Shown here: piece after piece, positions 59,874-64,000 of the stretch
How positions within the stretch are numbered: the stretch's first letter is position 1
Layout of the letters: each line of letters begins with the position of its first letter
Assembly: GCA_011523565.1 (NCBI GenBank)
Contig: WTGL01000159.1
Location: 2,101-66,100 of the forward strand
DNA: 64,000 bases
Direction: 5' to 3'
Origin: Acidobacteriota bacterium
GTDB taxonomy: Bacteria; Acidobacteriota; Thermoanaerobaculia; Multivoradales; Multivoraceae
Notes under the pieces: model-generated
The model's input: the letters and a program-made list of their open reading frames with translations, nothing else
What the model was told of the DNA's origin: nothing
Databases searched by the model: none
Made by a program: the position numbers and the translations under genes

Positions 59874-60000
59874 CGAGCGGGGAATGTAGCATGGCGTTTC
59901 GAGACGCGGAGGACCGCGGAATTCCGCGCCCGCGAGGGCAGGAGAGGAGCCGATCGTGGAAGACAGGTCGTCCCGGCAGGGCAGTCGATAGCGGCAGTAC

Positions 60001-61632
60001 GTGCGCTACGACATCCAGACGCTCCGCGGAGATCTGTTCGGCGCGCTGACCTCGACGGTCGTCGCACTGCCCGTGGCGCTGGCCCTGGGCGTCGCGTCGG
60101 GCATGGGGGCCGTGGCGGGTCTGCACGGGGCGATTGCGGTCGGCTTCTTTGCCGCGGTGTTCGGCGGCACACGGTCCCAGATCTCCGGCCCGACGGCGCC
60201 GATGACCGTTGCGATGACGGTGATCATCACGACCCACGCGTCGAATCTGACCGAGGCGCTGACCGTCGTCGTACTCGGCGGCCTGATCCAGTTGCTCCTG
60301 GGCCTGGCGAAGATCGGCCGCTACGTCGTCTACACGCCCTACGTCGTCGTGTCCGGTTTCATGTCGGGCATCGGGATCATCGTCATCCTGATCCAGGTTC
60401 TGCCACTCCTCGGTGCGCCGCCGGCGCCCGGGGGCGCGATGGGCGCGATTCGGGCCATCCCGGAAGCGGTGGGGACGGTGAACATGAACGCGCTGGCGGT
60501 CGGACTGCTCACCCTGGCCGTGGGTGTGCTCTGGCCCGGGCGGCTGGCGAAGTACCTGCCCGGACCGCTGCTCTCCCTGATCGTGGGAACGCTCCTGGGC
60601 GTGCTCTGGCTGGGCGGCGCGCCAGTCCTGGGCGATGTGCCGGCTGGTCTGCCGTCCCTGAAGATCGGGATCCCCGCCGCGGGTTTCCTCGTCCAGGCGC
60701 TGCAGCCGGCGTTGATTCTCGCGCTACTGGGTTCCGTCGACAGTCTGCTGACGTCCCTCGTGGCGGACTCGCTCACCGGCACCCGTCACAATCCGAATCG
60801 CGAACTGGTGGGGCAGGGCATCGGCAACATGGTCTCGGGGATGCTGGGCGGCCTGCCGGGCGCCGGCGCCACCATGGGTACGGTGGTCAACATCCGGGCC
60901 GGCGGATCGACGCCGGTGTCCGGGGCACTGCGGGCGATGTTCCTGCTGCTGCTCGCGGTGGGCCTCGGACCGATCGTGGAGCCGGTTCCACACGCAGTGC
61001 TGGCGGCCATCATGATGAAGGTCGGCTGGGACATCATCGACTGGCCGCTCGTCGCCCGGGTCCACCGGATTCGCCGCGAACACCTGTTCGTCATGCTCCT
61101 GACGTTGGGACTGACCGTGCTGGTCGATCTGGTGACGGCGGTGGCGGTCGGCCTGATCGCGGCCGGAATGGCGCATGCCCGGCGCCTGGAACGTCTCGAA
61201 CTGGACAGCGTGGTCTCCGTTCCGCTGCTCGACCGCACGTTCTTCGCCGAGGAGCACGGACCGCCAGCGGCCGATCGGTACTCGGCCCGCGTCGGCCTCG
61301 TCGCGCTCAAGGGAACGCTCACCGTGGCCTCCTCGAACAAGCTGGTCGGCGTGATCGGCGGAGACATCAAGGACCATGAAGTGGTCATCTTCGACTTCTC
61401 GGAAGCCGTGCACCTGGACGACAGCGCCGCCATGCTGATCCGGCGACTGTTCCAGGTGGCCTCGGCGGAGCGAACGGAAGTGGTCGTCGCCGGGCTTTCC
61501 GGCTCGGTCGCCAGGACGCTCCGTACGCTCGACATCCTTCGAGGCATCTCGGAGGACCGTCTGACACCCAGCCTGGATGAGGCGCGAGCCGTTGCCCACG
61601 ATCTCCTCAATGGTCCTCCCGCCAGCGGATAG
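60001..61632 (+). CDS. SulP family inorganic anion transporter with C-terminal STAS domain
   Basis: SulP transmembrane core plus STAS domain. GTG start. Confidence 0.9.
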   Translation: MRYDIQTLRGDLFGALTSTVVALPVALALGVASGMGAVAGLHGAIAVGFFAAVFGGTRSQISGPTAPMTVAMTVIITTHASNLTEALTVVVLGGLIQLLLGLAKIGRYVVYTPYVVVSGFMSGIGIIVILIQVLPLLGAPPAPGGAMGAIRAIPEAVGTVNMNALAVGLLTLAVGVLWPGRLAKYLPGPLLSLIVGTLLGVLWLGGAPVLGDVPAGLPSLKIGIPAAGFLVQALQPALILALLGSVDSLLTSLVADSLTGTRHNPNRELVGQGIGNMVSGMLGGLPGAGATMGTVVNIRAGGSTPVSGALRAMFLLLLAVGLGPIVEPVPHAVLAAIMMKVGWDIIDWPLVARVHRIRREHLFVMLLTLGLTVLVDLVTAVAVGLIAAGMAHARRLERLELDSVVSVPLLDRTFFAEEHGPPAADRYSARVGLVALKGTLTVASSNKLVGVIGGDIKDHEVVIFDFSEAVHLDDSAAMLIRRLFQVASAERTEVVVAGLSGSVARTLRTLDILRGISEDRLTPSLDEARAVAHDLLNGPPASG

Positions 61633-61807
61633 GGTGGTGCCGGTTTCGACCCCCGGCGCCGGGATCGTGCGGCTCAAACTGCGGCGGTCTGAGGCGTTTA
61701 GGCATTGGGGTCAGGTGAAACAACCTCGCGCCTCTCGCGTCAAAGAGGAAGACACGAGGCGTGGCGGCCATCCCGGCCGGGCGCGGTCGAAGGAAGGAAC
61801 GTAGCCG

Positions 61808-63505
61808 ATGAACCTGTTCTCAGCTCTGAGAGTCCGAAGACCGGCGGCGGTGATCACCGCAGTCTGCGCCGTTCTCCTCCTGCCGGCGGTTTCGGCGTCC
61901 CCCGCGAAGGCGCAGGTACAAGTCGGCTCGACCTGGATCACCGAGCCGGTCGTGCCCGACCTGGACATCGCGGACGAGCAGCTCCTCCTGGATCTGGACG
62001 AGGCGATCGCGATCGCGCTGCGGAACAACCTCGGCCTGCTGGTACAGCGCTATCAGCGGTCCCAGTCGCTGTTCCGGATCGACCAGGAGTTCGGCATCTA
62101 CGACCTGGTGCTCGGGGTCAACACGAGCGTGAACAGCGAGAGCCGGCCGTCGGTGTCCCAACTCGACGGCGCTCTGGTGACGGAGAACGAGACGATCGTC
62201 GCCAACGTCGAACTGCGCCAGCCGATCTCATCCGGCGGCGACTTCTCGATCAACTTCGACAACAACCGCTCCTCCTCGAACTCCCGTTTCTCCGACATCA
62301 ACCCGAGCCTGCGGTCCAGCCTGACGGTCGCCTTCAACCAGCCTCTGCTCCGGAACCGCGGCAAGAGGATCACGGAGCGCAATCTCGCTGTGGCGCGCCT
62401 GAACAGCGACATCAGCCTGGAGGATCTGGAGGTTCAGGTCGTCGACACCGTGCAGACGGTGGCCAACGGCTACTGGGCCCTGGTGGAGGGTCTGGAACAG
62501 CTCAAGGTCGCGGAGGAGAGTCTGGCCCTGGCCGAGGAACTCCACGAGATGAACCGGATTCAGATCGAGGTGGGAACCCTGGCGCCGCTCGAACTCGTGC
62601 AGAGCGAGGCCGGTATCGCCACGCGGGAGGAGGAGATCATCCGGGTGCAGGCGCAGATCGAGGATGCCGCGGACGAGCTCAGGCGGCTTCTGAATCTGGA
62701 CGAGACGTCGTTCTGGGATCTGGAGATCGTGCCGACGACCTCCCCGGAGATCGCCCGCGTCGTCATCGACCTGGAGGCTTCCCTGAAATGGGCGCTCGAC
62801 CGGCGGGCCGAGATCGATCGGCAGGAGCTTCAGATCGCGTCCCTGGTCATCGACTCGGAGTTCCTGAGGAACCAGAGGCGTCCGGACCTGAACCTGAGCG
62901 TGAGCTACGGCCGGAACGCGCTCGGCGGCGAGCGGACGTTCTGCGATCGACCCGGTCCGCCCAGCATCTCGGATCTGTTCGAGCCGTGCCCGGAAGAGTA
63001 CGTCCAGGTCGACTCGCTCGACTACCTTTCCACTCTGGGTCAGTTCTACGACGGCATCCTGGGGCAGGTCTTCGAGGGCTGGAACGTTGGCCTGAATCTC
63101 ACGAAGCCCCTTCAGAACCGGTCGGCCAAGGCCCAGAGCCGGATCGCCGAGCTGGCCCTGGACCAGGGGCGTCTCGAACTAGACGACCTGATGCTCACGA
63201 TCCGCACCGAAGTCCGTACCGCCGCCCGCGGGGTCGAGACCGCGGGCAAGCAGATCGACTCCGCCCGGGTGTCGCGGGAGCTCGCCGAGAAGAACCTCGA
63301 CGCGGCCCAGAAGCGCTACGAGAACGGTCTCTGGACGAGCTTCCAGGTGCTCGAGATCCAGGAGGACCTGACCGCGGCGCGAAGTCGTGAAGTCGAGGCC
63401 ATCACGGGTTACAGGCGCGCCCTGCTGGCCTACTTCAGGGCCATCGGCATGCTGCTGGAACAGAAGGGCATCGAACTCGTCGACGACGCCGAAGCCGACA
63501 GCTAG
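61808..63505 (+). CDS. TolC-family outer membrane efflux protein
   Basis: Signal peptide plus duplicated OEP repeats. Confidence 0.85.
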   Translation: MNLFSALRVRRPAAVITAVCAVLLLPAVSASPAKAQVQVGSTWITEPVVPDLDIADEQLLLDLDEAIAIALRNNLGLLVQRYQRSQSLFRIDQEFGIYDLVLGVNTSVNSESRPSVSQLDGALVTENETIVANVELRQPISSGGDFSINFDNNRSSSNSRFSDINPSLRSSLTVAFNQPLLRNRGKRITERNLAVARLNSDISLEDLEVQVVDTVQTVANGYWALVEGLEQLKVAEESLALAEELHEMNRIQIEVGTLAPLELVQSEAGIATREEEIIRVQAQIEDAADELRRLLNLDETSFWDLEIVPTTSPEIARVVIDLEASLKWALDRRAEIDRQELQIASLVIDSEFLRNQRRPDLNLSVSYGRNALGGERTFCDRPGPPSISDLFEPCPEEYVQVDSLDYLSTLGQFYDGILGQVFEGWNVGLNLTKPLQNRSAKAQSRIAELALDQGRLELDDLMLTIRTEVRTAARGVETAGKQIDSARVSRELAEKNLDAAQKRYENGLWTSFQVLEIQEDLTAARSREVEAITGYRRALLAYFRAIGMLLEQKGIELVDDAEADS

Positions 63506-63513
63506 AACGTCGG

Positions 63514-63600
63514 TGGTGCCGGAGGTGGGAGTCGAACCCACACGCCCTTGCGGGCGCAGGGTCATTGGAGTCCCCGCAGGGGACCCTTCAGGTGCTCGAC
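63514..63600 (-). pseudogene. partial tRNA-Leu copy: duplicate of the 3'-terminal 34 nt of tRNA-Leu(CAA) plus degenerate upstream part
   Basis: Plus-strand 63514-63547 is identical to 63601-63634. It has variable-arm, T-arm and acceptor-3'-CCA features but lacks a matching 5' acceptor strand. Confidence 0.6.
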
Positions 63601-63686
63601 TGGTGCCGGAGGTGGGAGTCGAACCCACACGCCCCGAGGGGCGGGGGATTTTGAGTCCCCTGCGTCTGCCATTCCGCCACTCCGGC
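63601..63686 (-). tRNA. tRNA-Leu (anticodon CAA), type II, CCA encoded
   Basis: Reverse complement folds as GCCGGAG...CTCAAAA...CTCCGGCACCA with a long variable arm. Confidence 0.85.
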
Positions 63687-63840
63687 AGGAAAACCGCGCG
63701 CCGCCGCCATGGGTATGGCGAAGGGGGCGCAGCGTAGCACCGCCACCGTGTAACTTCCAGTGACGGAGCCGCAAAGTCAGCGCCTTCAATGACTTAGAGA
63801 GAGTCCTGTTGCAACAGGCACAAATGGGGCGGAAACAGCC

Positions 63841-63869
63841 TTGACGACGAGGGCCCTGTCGGCTACAAT
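63841..63869 (+). promoter_or_regulatory. consensus-like sigma-70 promoter (TTGACG-17-TACAAT)
   Basis: Seen directly. Located in a locally lower-GC stretch at the window end, with no ORF downstream inside the window. Confidence 0.5.
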
Positions 63870-64000
63870 CCGCGCCCGTTAAGTGCGTGGCTATCCGTAG
63901 GTTAGGACTGATTCAGAAGAGCCACCGGCGGCCGATCTCGGAACTGCATTCAGGGTTCCGGCGACGTTTACCGGGGCAGGCGACTGTCACGGGTTTGTAG

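Noticed and set aside
63387-63789. ORFs 63387-63737 (+), 63548-63763 (+) and 63562-63789 (-)
   Set aside because: They overlap tRNA-Leu(CAA) and its partial duplicate. There is no coding signal.

Overview
This is a high-GC (~70%) bacterial chromosomal window, almost entirely housekeeping genes in tightly packed operons, many joined by 4-nt ATGA/GTGA stop/start overlaps. Protein-coding genes recognised: a partial GcvT-family gene, an orphan TRAP substrate-binding protein, psd-pssA-trxB, a DUF465 protein, tsaB, mutS, ssb, dtd, an IHF/HU protein, a secreted TPR protein, a LolB-like lipoprotein with ispE and prs, rplY-pth, a K+-dependent-type H+-pyrophosphatase, rpsF-rpsR-rplI, a coiled-coil SAM methyltransferase, PBP1A, uvrB-uvrC, ldcA-recG-GT4, scpA-scpB-rluB-cmk followed by a translationally coupled 1153-aa orphan sensor histidine kinase, MscS, glutaminyl cyclase, an AIM24/DUF4339 protein, a bactofilin, rluD-lspA-thiE, a large FecR-domain secreted protein with 51-nt tandem repeats, def, a cohesin-like lipoprotein, cysS, yraN, feoAB, an enoyl-CoA hydratase, dnaB-alr, purC, a SulP permease and a TolC-like outer membrane protein. 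RNA genes: RNase P RNA (rnpB), tRNA-Gln(TTG), tRNA-Gly(CCC), tRNA-Leu(TAA), tRNA-Leu(CAA) and two aberrant tRNA elements. I found no CRISPR array, defence island, prophage or obvious mobile element, so I do not claim a novel system here. The points worth a second look are smaller. First, four genes (pth, alr and two lipoproteins) have essential N-terminal motifs encoded upstream of any ATG/GTG/TTG, with an in-frame CTG exactly where the start should be. Second, a chimeric tRNA fuses the 5' part of tRNA-Gly(GCC) to the 3' part of tRNA-Cys(GCA) at a CGGGTT microhomology, in a cluster that otherwise looks like glyW-cysT-leuZ. Third, tRNA-Leu(CAA) is followed 53 nt away by a copy of its 3'-terminal 34 nt, an att-site-like remnant. 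Fourth, the FecR-domain protein has an aromatic Gly/Tyr/Trp-rich segment and a 51-nt tandem-repeat tail. Fifth, a consensus sigma-70 promoter at the window end drives an unidentified downstream transcript. Long antisense ORFs in the six-frame track are typical high-GC artefacts and were discarded.
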